Part shown: one piece after another, positions 21,991 to 35,809 of the stretch
How positions within the stretch are numbered: position 1 is the first letter of the stretch
Layout: each line of letters opens with the position of its first letter
Assembly (NCBI GenBank): GCA_013239625.1
Contig: MU054187.1
Location: 19,876,200-19,931,796 of the forward strand
Reading direction: 5' to 3'
Length of the DNA stretch: 55,597 bases
From: Lama guanicoe
Lineage: Eukaryota
Notes under the pieces: model-generated
Databases searched by the model: none
What the model was told of the DNA's origin: nothing
What the model saw: the letters and a program-made list of their open reading frames with translations, nothing else
Position numbers and translations under genes: made by a program

Positions 21991-24900
21991 TATGTTGCCA
22001 ACATTCCTCTTGAAATGTCAGGCATAGGAATAAAAAAAGGCAATATTCCAAATGTCACCTGAATCTGCTGAGTTCAGACTTCTTCTCTTTAAGATGCGAA
22101 CACTGTGTTCTTCTTCTTTTGAAATGGTCTTCTTAATACAGCCTGTGACCACATCAGCATTTTTTAGTATCTGTATTATCCTACTGACTCATTGACTTCC
22201 TGGTCATCTGATGTCATTGAGACTTTGACATTAAATGCTGTCCACTTAGGTCATTCTTGGCCTCCCTTGTGCTTGATAAGAAAAGATATACAGTCTTACT
22301 AAAATTTGATTGGTTTTACCCCAGAATTTCATTTCTGGGAAGTATTTTTGAATCTGGATTTGGTGAGCTGCTTCTTTCAAGTATATTTCATCTAAAAGAC
22401 TGATAAATATGCCTTCTGTGCTTTCATACTGGTCTAAGTTTTAAATCATGTGGTTTGCGGTTGGACATTTGTTTCTCGCAGACATGGATTTGTTTTTTAG
22501 CACTCTTTGGATATAGTTGCTCAACTATCTGCACGTCCACTTAGCTACAAATTCTTGATTCTCATTTCTCTACTTTGTTCCCAGTAGAATGTTGCAGATT
22601 TCCTCAGTGCCTGGCTGGCGTTGCTGCACTGCCTCTGTATCACTCAGTTCTAGCCTCTGAGGGGAGTGGCTTTTTCTGTGTTGTGTTCCATGGTACCGCG
22701 CCCTTTGGCCTTCATCTCTTTTTGGTATTCCTGACAGAGATTCCAGGGACTGTGTCTGGGCGTGTGGAAGGAATTAACATTTTGTCTTGCTTTATTACTA
22801 CTTGATGCTTAGTGTCTGTGATGATATAAGATGATGATGTGGAGAGAATTTTTCATTTATACTTTTCCCATTCGAGTAATGACGTATGCTGATTTTAAAA
22901 AGAGACAACAGGCCCAGTGTTCGTTGGAATTCTAAGCGTGAGTGTCTCTAGTGAGTGTTCTGAATCGATCGTGTGTGAGATCGGGGTGTTAAACCACTTT
23001 GCAAAGGAAAGCCACTAGATAATTTTAGACATTATTGTTATCTAATTTTAAATAAATATAGAACAGACAATCCAAATTTCTCTCTTTCCCTTTCTTATCA
23101 ACAGAACTAGGAATCCGAAGAGTAGGAGCCAAGATTTACTTGTGATGGAACCTTTCTCTTTGAAGACATGCTACAAAACAAGAAGCATCATTGGAATTCT
23201 TTCTGAGCTTAAGTTTCACATGTGATAATGAGCTAGGATTTGTACTCTTTGCACTTACAAGAACCCCTTGATCTCTGGGCCTTAAAGCTGCACTTAGTTC
23301 TAGGTGAATGTGACCCCAAACTATTTTACTTAGGGCAAAAATGATCATTTAAGGTCACTGCTGCTTTAATACACTTTGGAAAGATACCTATTACCTTCTC
23401 TTTAAAGGTATAATGTCTGCTCCATTGGCAAATGCAGAAATTATCTTTCCACTCTCCCCAGTCATCTTACATTACTGATGAGTGAATATGATGGGAAGAC
23501 AGTGTGATGAAAAATGTTGTTTAAGTTAAAGAAAAATCCATTTAAAATTCTCTACACAAGAGTAAATTATAGGCTTTCAAGCTGAGACAGAACCTGTCTA
23601 TTTATCAGCTTAAACTGCAATCCATATGGAAGATAGAAAGGCCCTTGAGGATTTCGAGTAAAAGTCATCTTCACATAAGGTGATTTCTTATAATCTTTTC
23701 ATTAACTGTGTCCCCTAACACTACTAAGGATTTTTCTTTTACAAGTGGAGTTTTTAAAAATTGAATATTCCTCTGAAAATCCATATATATCAGCTGATTT
23801 AAAATATTGTTCCTTAAATATAGAACAGGATATAAATCTCCATTATTGGAACAAATGAATACCATGTTATACATATGGCAGATTTTTAAAGATAGGATTC
23901 TGATAATGTTTTCAAGAATGTGTTATGAGATAATTCACTGATGTGGGTACTTAGGAGCTGGGAGGAGAAGGAACAGAAGAGTTGAAAGCATGAGGGGTAA
24001 TGGATGTGTTTGAATCCCCAGCCTATAAAAGTGAGCAGTGAGTCAGCTTTAAGTGGTATTTGACCCCATGTTTTTCTTTTAATGATCCTGACATATTTTA
24101 CGCTGAAGAATACATACATCCATCTTTGCATTCATGCAACTGGAAACTACCCTTGCAGAGCAAAGTATACAGTTTAAGAATAATGTATCAGAATATGATT
24201 CAGCATTACAGCAGCTATAAAGTAGACAGCAAAATTCATTAATTTTGATGAAAACAGATGTAGTAATTATAATTATTCCAAGTGATTTTTGTCTCAGAGG
24301 AGCATGTTTATGGTAGATTACATGTTGCAAAATACAGAGGCCAATGCCTTGATCAGTGCTTGAGTTTGAAGATGGGCAAATGATTAATCTGATACTGATG
24401 CATAAAAGAGCAGTATCATATAGTGAGCATGGTTTTTGATTAAGTTGAAATATAAAGTGGATCAAGATAAGACATTACTGTGGAAACTATCTTGCTAACT
24501 ATCAGCAAGGAGAATCAGGAAGTAATTTTTGGGACAAATCTCAAATTGAATAACTTACCTTTTAAAGGTTGAAAATGGATTGCATTATTGGTTATCTATA
24601 TAAAATAAGATGGAGAGCAAAACTTTTTTAAAAAGATCATTTGTTAGGAAGAGCAAGTATTATAGTGTTACAAAAAGAAGTTGGGCTCTTCTCTGTAACC
24701 ATCATACTAGGACCTTCCGTAAACTGGACGTAGTTCTTGAATCAAAGGTGGATGGAATGTTAAGGCTGTTTTCCATGATTGCTTACTATTCATTGAAAAA
24801 AGAGAGTTTGAAAGGTCATAAAGTCTAGTCTGTGAAGAACGTAACTTTAAAGCTTTTCTTGGAGAAAGGGCCAATCTTTTCTGTTTTTTTTTTCTAGACT

Positions 24901-25235
24901 TTTTTGTTCTTTAGATATGTATATACAAATTTAAGTCAATTTTATTTATTGGTACTTTTTAAAAGGAGAAATTTATTATATATATTAGTGTAAAGAAAAA
25001 GATTTGGGAATAAAATTTATAAATTTCAAAGAATAAGGTTTTTTTTTCAGTTAATTTTACTATATGGATTTGAATAAAATGAATGAATATACTAATGTAA
25101 ATAAACTAACTTTCCTCAAAATACAGTTTTGACTCTGGTAATCTCCAGTGACTTCTAGTATATACAGTTAACCATGCTGAGGACAGTGATCTTCTTAATG
25201 ATTTTGTGTTCTTCAAAATTTGTAGCACAGATTCT

Positions 25236-25413
25236 TTTTTCTAATTGAAGTATAGTTAACATACAGTACTGTGTTAGTTTCAGGTATACAGCAAAGTGAT
25301 TCAATTACACATATACATATAAATATATTTTCTTTTTCAGATTCTTTTACATTATAGATTATTTCAAGATATTGAATATAGTTCCATTTACTATACAGTA
25401 GGTCCTTGTTTTT
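25236..25413 (-). mobile_element. Short 5'-truncated L1 3' end with TSD
   Basis: Perfect 11-bp TSD gcacagattct (25225-25235, 25414-25424); antisense L1 3'UTR sequence. Confidence 0.9.
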
Positions 25414-26419
25414 GCACAGATTCTAAGGACTGTTTACTATGCCTCTAAGATTAGGCATAGAGGTGCTATTCAAAAGGTACTTTCTAGGGACTGATTTATG
25501 AATAAGGAACTAGAAGAATGCCTCCTTAGCATTGCTGTTATTCCGTTAATTTGTGTTACTGTGTTGGCAGTAATAAAGTAGCATTTCTTTTATTCTTTAA
25601 AAAAATCAATATTTTCCAATAATTCATGTTGACTCTCTCCATGCTTTATTAGAATCAATATGATATTCCTTTATCCTTGGGAGAGAAATCATATGAACAC
25701 AAATTAGAAAAATCATAAAATTAAGGATAGCTCTGACATGAATTTTGGTTTTTGCTTTTGCTTGAGAGTAGGCTACACAGATGTTGTGGATCCATGCAAA
25801 CAATTTCTCTCAATTATTCCTTCATTCTGTATTCATTAAGTCAGTCACCGACTACTTACTAGGCACTCTTATGTGCCAGGCATGCAATAATCGTGAAATG
25901 TTTTAAGTAACAGGTGAACCCAGAACTACTGCAGAAGAATGTGTGCTCTCCAGAACACTGATAGGGGAAGAGAAATAAAACCTTAGAGAGGAGTCTAACA
26001 CTGTGACCCAGGAGCAAGAGGCAAAGAAATTGTGTCACAGTAGATATCTCATGGACATGAAGCTCACCAAGCTCATGAAGGGAACCTTGGTCCCTTTTTA
26101 TGTTGCAGCCATCACATTTTCCAGTTTCTCGCCCATCACACATGGTTTACTTTGCCTAAAATGCCTGTTTCCCCTCTTCTTGTAAATTACTCCGTATCAT
26201 GCTTAAGTGTCTCAACCAAAGTTTCACATTTTCAGGAAGACCGTCCTTGACCCCCTAGCCTACCTTTAGACTAAATGAAGTCCTCTTGATATATGGGAAT
26301 GCCACCCTTTATTTTTTTTTCTTTTCAGTTTTACTACAGTTATTCCATTTCTAAATATTTGTTTGATGTCTGTTTTTCTTGCTTCACTCTCCTTTTTAAA
26401 AAGACTGTATTAACCTGGA

Positions 26420-26780
26420 TAGCCTAGATTATGTTACAATTAATGAATTAAATTAATTTTAGAATCAAAGTAACAATTAATTCCAAAATCTCAGGTACAT
26501 AATACAACAAAGATTTATTTCTTGCTTGTGCTTTGTTTTTTAGTGCAGGTCAGAAGTGGGTTCAGCTTTACACTATCATTCAGATCCTCAGGACAGTAGA
26601 GGCAATATCCACCAAATATTGCAGACGAACCTACTAGAACAGTATCATGGGTAGCTTTTTGGCGGTTTAGTTTACTTGCTTGTTTTGTTTGTTTGTTTGT
26701 TTGTTTTTGGTTCCTTGGTCCAGGCAAGAGAAATCGGAGAATAACTCAAGGTCTTCCTGATCTATCCATTGGCTAGATTA
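26420..26780 (-). mobile_element. Old MaLR (MLT1-type) LTR fragment
   Basis: 'ccaaaatctcaggtacataatacaacaaagatttatttcttgct' and 'tccattggctaga' resemble antisense MLT1K/L. Confidence 0.5.
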
Positions 26781-26790
26781 TTGGCGGGAA

Positions 26791-27083
26791 TTTTTTTTTT
26801 TTTAAGGAATTCTCAGGTTTTTATTTTGATGACAAAAATCACACAGGGAACAACAAAAATTATAGCTGAAAAACTGGGAGTGGGAATTGGGCTGGGAAAT
26901 ATGGGGAACGGGTGCCCAGGCACCCTAGAATGCTTCTTGGAACCCTGAGTTTCCTTCCAGGGCTCCGCAGGTGCCCATAGTCTTGCCCAACTGGGATGAG
27001 ATTGAGATGTGCAGTTCTCCTTGTGCCCTGAAGGGAGATGAACCTGATACCGAATGAAGCTAACCATCTTTGTATTGAAATTC
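26791..27083 (-). pseudogene. Probable retrocopy of an unidentified mRNA 3' end
   Basis: On the minus strand, GC-richer unique sequence ends in AATAAA (26825-26820), 16 nt, then A13 (26803-26791). 5' boundary uncertain; no clear TSD. Confidence 0.6.
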
Positions 27084-27374
27084 CTAGAAGAAACAATGGT
27101 AAGAAGGAAATGATGTCTCAAAGTAGGGCCAAAACTGGGAAATAATTTTTAGCCATTCTAATTAGCTTTGGTCCCATTACACCATGTACTACTAATAGGA
27201 TTTGCCTTGGGGATTGCTAATTCATTTTCAGCAGTTATTGAATAATTGTTTGGAGTAGAAGAAGGTTAAGCAAAATCGAGAAGGGCAAGCATAATCCCTT
27301 TTCTAAAAATGTATAGGAAATGGAATTCATAGACTATAAATGAGTGTAATATTGCAGGGATTGTTCATGGAAAG

Positions 27375-27680
27375 TTGCAGAAAGTGTGGTCCACAGACAG
27401 GTGCTTGTCTGCTGAAACTTACTGCTCCACGTGATATGTACAGAAATAGAGACTAAGCATTTAGAAACTTTTGTAGACATTTGTCAAGTAATTTTACATC
27501 TATTAAAACTAATAATTTTAAAATATTTTTTAAAAATTAAAAGTATTAAAAATGTTTTATGTCTTTGTTTTTTATGTTATTTCATTTTCTAGGTAATCAT
27601 TTTTATTGTATTTTACAAAAGTTTCAGTCCATGAGAGATTGAAAATTAAAAAAACCCCAAAAAACCCAGCCTGGTTCATT
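27375..27680. mobile_element. hAT-Charlie (Charlie4-like) fragment
   Basis: 'aaagtgtggtccacagac', 'aagcatttagaaactttt', 'cagtccatgagagattg'. Confidence 0.5.
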
Positions 27681-28454
27681 GCCATAGATCGTGTGAAGCA
27701 CCAGTTTGAGTATTTACTAAAGGGAAAGAAGTGACGTGATCACTGGGAATTAGCCTGTGTTGGTATACTAAGATAACAATTAATATCAGTCCACACATAT
27801 TTTTCTTTTCAATGACTGGCCTAGTAATGTTGGAGAAACACAGTACACTTGGTGTATATGGATTTTGGCACATGACAATTTTCTCACCTTTTTGGAAAAG
27901 TCATTGAAATACAGGCTAGATACTGGCTTTATTAAGTAGGTTATCAGTTAAGCTATCACAACAAAGAGCTCACGTTTACAAGTCAGTGTCCACCTATCCA
28001 GTCACCACTCCACTGTTCCTGGACACTCTATTTCACCTTAGATGGTACATCTACATTTGTAATCCCCTACTTTTCAGTGGTACCAAACTGGATTAAGTCG
28101 GTTTATTATCCATATATCTTTAAAAATAACAAACTGTTGAAGTAGGTTCAATACATTTTATTACATACTGTAGTACTGTAGGAGATGGGTCTAATATTTG
28201 TTTCTGAGCTACCTAGTGACCAGAACAAAGAGAGAAGAATTATGAATAAGATGAAAGTAAAGCTTTTTCCAGGAAAAAACCAAACTTTTTCCCCTAAAGC
28301 CATACCTTCTGTGTTCTCACAGAAAGGAAATTGTGATGTAGTGGTCAACATCCACTAATAAATTCATCAAATAAATAATATGGAGTTTATATGTCTTTTT
28401 CTTGTTGTAGGTTTTTGGTAGTCTGGCTTGATCAAAATGGAACAAAACCCACCT

Positions 28455-28610
28455 AAAGTAGGTTCTTAATTTTTAGGTTGCCTAAAGATTACCTGGGGAG
28501 AGCCTGGCTCAGCAGATCCAGGGTTGGGTTTTGGAATCTGTGTTAATAAAAAACAACTCAGTTGATTCTGCTGCCCATGGTCTAGAAACCTCAGTTAAGA
28601 AACAGTGATC
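28455..28610. mobile_element. MER5A-like element
   Basis: 'ggttcttaa', 'gattacctggggag', 'ggaatctgtgtt', 'gttgattctgctgc', terminal 'aagaaacagtg'. Confidence 0.55.
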
Positions 28611-30689
28611 TAGAGGAGCCCTTGGCAATTTTCCATGTAGGTGACTTATCACAACTGAGCCTTATATAAGAATGACTGGTATTTGTGATCCTGCTATTTG
28701 TCGGGAATCTGGATTGCAGAAATTAAATCTTGTCAGTTCAGGAGGCAGCCATGTAAAATTTGACCTTAAATGCTTCCCATTAAATGTACTTAAAAAAAAA
28801 AATGTTCTGCCTTCCAGTGTATTTCTCCAGGCTCTCTGCAATCAATAAATACTCTAAATGTAGGATTCTTATGAAAGTGAGGGAGCCAGCACAGAAAATT
28901 TCCTGTGGAAAACACCGATATGAAGGAGTACGTGTGTAGTTTTACAAATGATGGAAGAATTATTTAAAATATTACCTTAAAGGTCAAATTGACAAATACC
29001 TATCACTTAACCGTATAGAAATTAATAGACTAATTAGTTTTATGCTTGTATTAGATTATTTAGAATAGTTAGTAATCTTTCATTTATTCTGTAACATGGT
29101 TATGTTGTCCTAGAAGTAAATGGACTTTTTTTTGAACTGTAGTTCAAAGTAATGTTTTTGATAATAGAAAAATAAGTCTTATGTTTTGAAGATTTTAGGT
29201 CCTTTGGCTGACCTAGCAGTACATGGCAGAGGGTGGGTACTAAATTCCTTAGAGTTTGTGTTATTGATCTCCTGAGAGGATGTTTGAACTAACCTCAAAA
29301 GAAAATACCAGTCACCTTCTTACTAGTAAGGCAGTATTAAGAATCATAGGATAAGATGAAAAGAGTTATGCTTTGTGCAAAAGAAAATCTTTGGAAAGAA
29401 ATTGTGAAAAGTTATAAAAAGAGATTTCCTAGATAGCGTAATTTCTTTCAGTTTTATAGATAAATGTGAAATCAAATAATCCTAAATCCAAGTTAATTTA
29501 AGCTTTTAAGGCTCCTGAATGTGGGCCTAGTAACTATACCTTTTTGAAAAATTATTTTATGAAACACATCAGGCTTCACCCACTCATATCAATATGTCAA
29601 TATCTTAAACATGGGGTGGGCTTTTTTCCTTACATAAATGTGCCGCCTAAATTGTGGTGATTTTTGAAACATTATACATTTGTGACATGGAATCCAAAAT
29701 GAAATCTGGTTTTATGGAGATAGAGATTGATAGCTTTTGTACATGAAATCAAAGACTGTTAGAGACTGAGCTGGTCTCTTCACCCCACTTCTCTGGTGCC
29801 TGTTAAACACTTGTAAACACCCCAGCTGCAGCAGCAGCAGCAGTAGCCATGCCTTAAGGGAAAAATCCTTCTTACAATATTTCTTCCAGATTTCATCTTG
29901 CCTTTGATCAGAAGCTTCCAAGATAAAGTTTCACCACTTTATATTACGTCCATTTTCTTGCTACGCATGTCCAATTGTTGAAAAGTTCTGAAGCCAGACT
30001 TTGCTTTCCTGTAATTTTCCTCCCTACCTTTTGGTATGATACAGTAAATATGCACCTGACGGCACAAGACATCTCTCACTTTCCCTTCCTTCCTTCCTCC
30101 AGGCAGAACATTCCAATTATGTCAAATACTGTTTACACTCCAGAGTTTTGCAGATGTGCCCTGTCCTGTGGATTTGCTTTTCTCCCTTAACTGGGTCATT
30201 TGCAGATCATGGACAGGGACAGGGTGGTTTTTATATTTCAGTTATGGCATAATGTCTAGAACAGATTAGACAATTAAAAACTTACATCCAGAGTGATCAG
30301 TCACCACCAAACTTTCTACTGTTTTCCTGTAATCCCTTTAATAGTAGTACCAAAAATAAAGATGATGCCCTTAAGATTCAGTTTGAATGCAGTGATTATC
30401 ATATTTTAGGACTTGGGCAATCAATGTTTTAAACAATATTGGACATAGGTTTCTTTTCAGTATATCACTTTGTGGGCTAATACTGAGATTGTAATTGGTG
30501 ACATATACTAGGATTGTTTTTCAATTGCTATTTAATGAACCATTGTCTCCTAATTTGGATTAATGCAATTGATTTAATCTAAGAAGAATTCTAGAGTAAT
30601 GTAGAAATACTTAGAAAGCAGTTATCCCCCAGAAACCAGCCCAGAGTTACCAAGGAAAACTCCTGTTTCAATACCCAGATCCCCTTTTT

Positions 30690-31058
30690 TGACAGGATGT
30701 TGCAGCCAACATATAGGCTGGGTTGTGGTCATCTCAAAGCTCTACTGGGGCTGCAGAGTCACTTCAAGACCCACTCATGTGATTGTTGGGAAGCCTTGGT
30801 TTCTTGTTAGCTTTTAGTTAGAGGCTTCAGAGAGAGAGAGGGAGAGAGAGAGAGGGAGAGAGAAAGGGAGAGCACCAGGAAGAGAGTGTCCAAGATGGAA
30901 GTACAGTCCTCTATAACCTAATCTCAAAAGTGACGTGCCATTATTTCTGCCATATTCTATTGGTCACACGGTGCATTCCTGGTGCAAGGTGGGTAGGGAC
31001 TATAGAAGGGTGTGAGAAGGAGGTATTACTGGGGCCATCCTGAAGACTAGCTGCTACA
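30690..31058 (-). mobile_element. MaLR LTR (MLT1F/G-like) with internal (GA)n
   Basis: 'ttatttctgccatattctattggtcaca' and terminal 'ggggccatcctgaagactagctgctaca'; GA repeat at about 30829-30870. Confidence 0.75.
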
Positions 31059-33210
31059 ATGTTTTTCAGATTCCCATCCAAGCTTTCAAATGGAAGGATT
31101 CTAGGTTTCTTCTGAAGAAATTAGTAATTCCTATGGACATTAATTAACGGTAATGGACTAAGACCTATGGTTAACTTTAGATAAATTATCACTAAATTAA
31201 CATACTCTGATTAGCTGTATCCTACGTTTCAGATGATGATCTAAACTTCTGCACCACAGTTTCCAAATTATTTCATTTCATAGTTTTCAAAGAATAAGGA
31301 AAAGCATGGCGCTTTTTAAGTATGGAGGATAGCCACATGGTAGATTAACTCTTCTATATATGGTCTTTGCCATTTAATTGTTGTTCAGAAATGTAACTAT
31401 ATGCAAATATGTAATAACAGTGTATATTATAGTGGAATTAGGTGGTAACACGTGAAGAGAAAGGAGATGTGAAGGCACAAAGGCCATTAATTCATTTGAG
31501 TTTTTCAAACTGTGCAAAGCAATGTCCTCAGCAGGGGAGATGAGATGGGAAGATAGTATGCTTACCCTCAAGGAGCTTGGAGTAATTACTAGTTTTCAAA
31601 CAGACTTGATCTTTGGCCATCATTCTGTTTTCTCCTACCTGCTAGCTTCAGGGTGGAGATCCTGTCTGTCAGTTAGGAATGCTGTAAAAACCAGTGAGAT
31701 GATTCTTGTGTTGTGATCTATTCAAATACAATGTGTTATATAAATGCCTTATTAGAATGAAAAGAGCCTGTCATAGGCACCGTGATTATCAGATGCCTTT
31801 ATGTGGATTTTCCCCTCCTGTAACGTAAGTATGAAATTTTCAAATTCAACACAACTGTCATGAGACTTTTCTTACAAATATGAACCTAAGTGGCAAAATG
31901 GAAGTAACTTGCTAATTAATTCAAAATGGAACCAAACTCTTCCCCTTAATTATTTGGCAAATGGAATCATTCTAGATTTCTTCTGGGGGAATTAATATTT
32001 CAGGCAAAAGTGATTTTTGGCTTGCAGAGTCTTAAATAATTTTCAAATGTTTAAAATAATTTAGAGGGAAATATCATACCCTTTTGAGAAACAGAACAGA
32101 AAAATTAAAAGCACTTTTCAATTTCATCCAGTAATACTGGGAAAGAATAAAGAATCAGTTATTTTTTTTTTTGTCCTACATTGTATCACTACTAAAATGT
32201 CTAATTCCAACCAAACCTTGAAATCATATGGAGAGAGATCTTCACCCCCAAATGGACTCTTTATTTCTTTTAAGGGTCTTTCATGTGGTCTCTTGTAAGA
32301 TGTAACAGGCAAACCCCCCAAAAAAATCCAACCCAATACAAAATGCTACAACATACTGCAGGTTTGAATTAGCGTTAAAAGAAAAATAAATTGAATTTAG
32401 CTACAATAAAGTTTACTAACTAAGAAAAAATTGATATATTATTTTCTCCCCTCTGAGGAGCCAAGCTGGAGTGCCTAGTGTAGTTAGGCCATTGGATTCT
32501 TGCTCTGCTAACCTCAGCCTGAAATCATGACTTGCAGGATCCTTTCTGTCTGACAGTAGACCTGATTAATTCACAAATGCTTATTATTTATAATACAGGA
32601 AAATAAGACATAATCAGCTTGTAAAAATTCTTTCTTGCAGTGCTAGATCTTTGAATTTTGAACTCTCGAGGGATAATTTCTGAAAGTGTCTCCTGGTATT
32701 TTGTTATTTGCAAATTATGGCTGTATTACTTTAAGAAAATCCTATATCTGGTGATCATTATTTACCAAATACATGGAGGAGAGAAAATTGTTACTATTTG
32801 TACTATACTAAGAGTCTGTTTTACAAAATGATGCACTGCATTATTCCTATAAATAGAGAGCTTCTCCAGTGCATTTAAGAATGTGAATTGAATAACAGAA
32901 ATGTGATATATACAGAATTTTCCAGTCATACATTTACTGTGGAATAAAAAGAAAGAGAGACTTCTGTTTTCGTATAAGACTGTTTTCTTTTTAATTTGTG
33001 TCCAGGAAGAGTTTTAACCATTTAACAAAAATCACTCCATTTTTGAGAGTCTGTTGATTTTTTTTCACTAGTAATTTTATTGTAAGTTTCACCAATCGGT
33101 GTGATAAAATTTAGCTTTTACTTCATCTAGGGCTTACTGAATCTCTCTGAATTGTATCAGTCAAGATGCTAAATGAGGATATAGAACATCTATGATCTTC
33201 TAATGCATCG

Positions 33211-33224
33211 GTTGCCATGGAAGC
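33211..33224. promoter_or_regulatory. Candidate RFX X-box
   Basis: GTTGCCATGGAAGC differs at one base from GTTGCCATGGAAAC; lies in non-repeat-looking DNA. Confidence 0.4.
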
Positions 33225-35053
33225 TGCTCTTCTGGCCTGATTTGATCAATTTTTTTTCTCAAGCAAGTAATTTGATAATTCTTTCCAGAGGGAAAATGTC
33301 ATAATGTTCTTGTACCAAACTGAAGGAACCAAACTGTTTCTTTTAATTCATAGTGGTCTCCTCCTAATAATCATGATATTTTGGTCATTTCCTTTACATT
33401 CAGCCGATACTAAGCCTTGAGTTTATGTATTTTTAAAAGTGTATCACTAAAAAGTCTTTCTACTTTTAACTTCCATTTTTCATATTTTTATCAAAAAGAT
33501 GATCTAAAAAATCGAAATCTTTTAAATGTAAACGTTGGAGATGTTTTCCTTGAGAAACAATGGCTAATTACATCACAGTTAATGAAACATTTTGGTACAA
33601 ATACTCTTACTGCCAACTACCACCATCATCAGAAGTATTCATTAAATGCTACATTTGCATATTAGATTTATCATAATTAGCAGAACTGGGATCCTTACTC
33701 AGAATCTTTTGACCACCTAGTCCTGATAATCTGCTTCCTGAAATGAAATGAAACAGGAGTAAAAATGCACCGTGCTATGAAATATCACGTGCAGGGGAGG
33801 GACTTTTTCAGTTTCTCTAAACCGATTTCAAATTCAAGGCAGTACTTTTATTTTATGATTATAGGCGAAAGATCTAGTGTGCATTTGCATAGTTAACTTT
33901 AATGCTTCATGAAAAATAGGGGCATCATGAAATTAATTAGGACGTTTACTTTCAGCCATGAGAAAGATAACACATTCTTGTCTAGCAGTTGCTGGCTGTC
34001 CTTTAGGTGGCAGTGTGTGGCAAGAAGAGGCTGGCGGTAATAGTCACTGCATATGATCTTTAACAACAAAAAGTGAAAAGAAAAAAAAATCAGCTTCTTG
34101 TCGAAAATGTCTTCTTGCATCTCTTGCATTTGGTTTCTTTTGCTAATGAATCTCTGAGCATACATGCCCTGTATCACTGAAATCATCAGCATGCATTTTC
34201 TGTGGTTCAAAAACAGTGTCTGTTCTTTAATATGTCCCTCCAGGTACCCACCCTAGTGTTATGAGCCCTGTGGGTGTTAAGAAGTATTTTTTGCCTGACT
34301 GACTGTCAATACTGAGTTGGAAGTAAACATCTCAACTGCTCTGTCTTTTACATTTCTCCAAATCGGAGTACAGAAGTGATCTGGAGAGTTTTGGCCAAGA
34401 TATGAAAAACAAATATATAGACACATTGCTTAAAAAATATTCAGAAGTGGGGATTTGGTTTTGAATTCTAGAGAAAATCTCCTATGAGCTTCTCTCTGTG
34501 ATACGCTGTTCCATCTGATTTTGTTGGGAACTTGACTTTGCCAGATCCATCCAAACGCCTTGTCCTCAATTCACATATGAAACCATGTTTCTCCCTTTTC
34601 GTTGTAACTGTCTATCCATGCTGTACCCACTTTCTCCTTATGTGATTCTAATTTTTATAGCCAAAACATACACATAGAAAAAGTCCCTAAGAATTTTTTT
34701 TCATCTTTTTTTTCCTATCCTAAACAGGAATTATTGGATATTTAGAATGCATGTCTCTAACTACCAGTGTCTTTTGTAAAAGAGACAGTAAAGGAATTAG
34801 AGCAGTCCAAACATTACAGCTCCAAATCTTGACCCGCAACTTGATTACTTTTTATGTAATTATATTCTGTATGCGTCTGATTCAATTAGAAGTCTTTCCA
34901 ATGAAGTAGATTACAGCATCTGGAGCTTTTGATCTCCTATAAGCCTTTGATGGAATCGGGCAAAATGATCACTTCAGAAAGGGAACACAAACCCTTGAAA
35001 CCCATCTCCCCAATTTCAAGTGACTCTTTTAATCCTCTGTGTCTGCTGCAGCT

Positions 35054-35068
35054 GTCACCCTAGGTAAC
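35054..35068. promoter_or_regulatory. Candidate RFX X-box
   Basis: GTCACC-CTA-GGTAAC fits GTNRCC(N0-3)RGYAAC; flanks extend the palindrome (gctgt...acagc). Confidence 0.4.
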
Positions 35069-35809
35069 AGCTCGGTTTAGTTCTAAGCTGCAAGAATATG
35101 TGAGAATCTACTAATGCTATGTTTGTCAACAGTGACTTACTTCCTTTGCCTACTTTTTAAAACGGCATTGAAATCAAGCTCATTAATTCAGTTTATTTTA
35201 AAAAAGCAAAACGCTTGCAAAAAAAAAAAAGATTTAAGATGGCCTTTCCCAGCTATTTAACATCTATAGCCCTGCTAATTTGCAAGGTTTTTTCAGTCTC
35301 CCTGGTCTTTCCAATGTTTCCAAACTCATAAAAACAAGCTTTTTCCTTGACTTTAATCTGCTGCCCTTGTACGTTCAAGCTGTAATGCTCTTCTACTGAG
35401 TCTCGTGTTTTATCAGATGTCACTTGTTCTTATGCTGTCTGCGCTTTATGTATACTCTGTGCCTTTGTCCTTTTCAAACTTCCGTGGATGCTCGTGGGTT
35501 TCAGCTCCCTGGCACAACTGTTCTAGTCCTTTGTCAACTTCTTCTTGTGGGTAGAACACAGATCAGCTGCTGTTTAATAAAGCAGGCATCATATTTCATT
35601 CCTCTCACATCCATCAAAATGTCTTTTCCTCAAACTGGCATTCTTCCACTATTATTTGGTTAACTTGCCACATACAAGTGATTTTTCATTTCTTGATTGG
35701 GGAAAGAAGCTCTCAAGGGTGATGTGTTTCTTGTCAAGTTGGAGAACACTAACTAGCTTTCCTCCTGGAGACGAAGAGCTTTCTTCTCTGCTGTGTTGGT
35801 ACCTATCCA

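Noticed and set aside
23078..23310. Strong-looking splice acceptor at 23104
   Set aside because: All frames stop soon after it and there is no convincing donor; such pseudo-acceptors are common.
29829..29843. (CAG)5 run, possible polyQ or polyL exon
   Set aside because: Too short and has no coding context.
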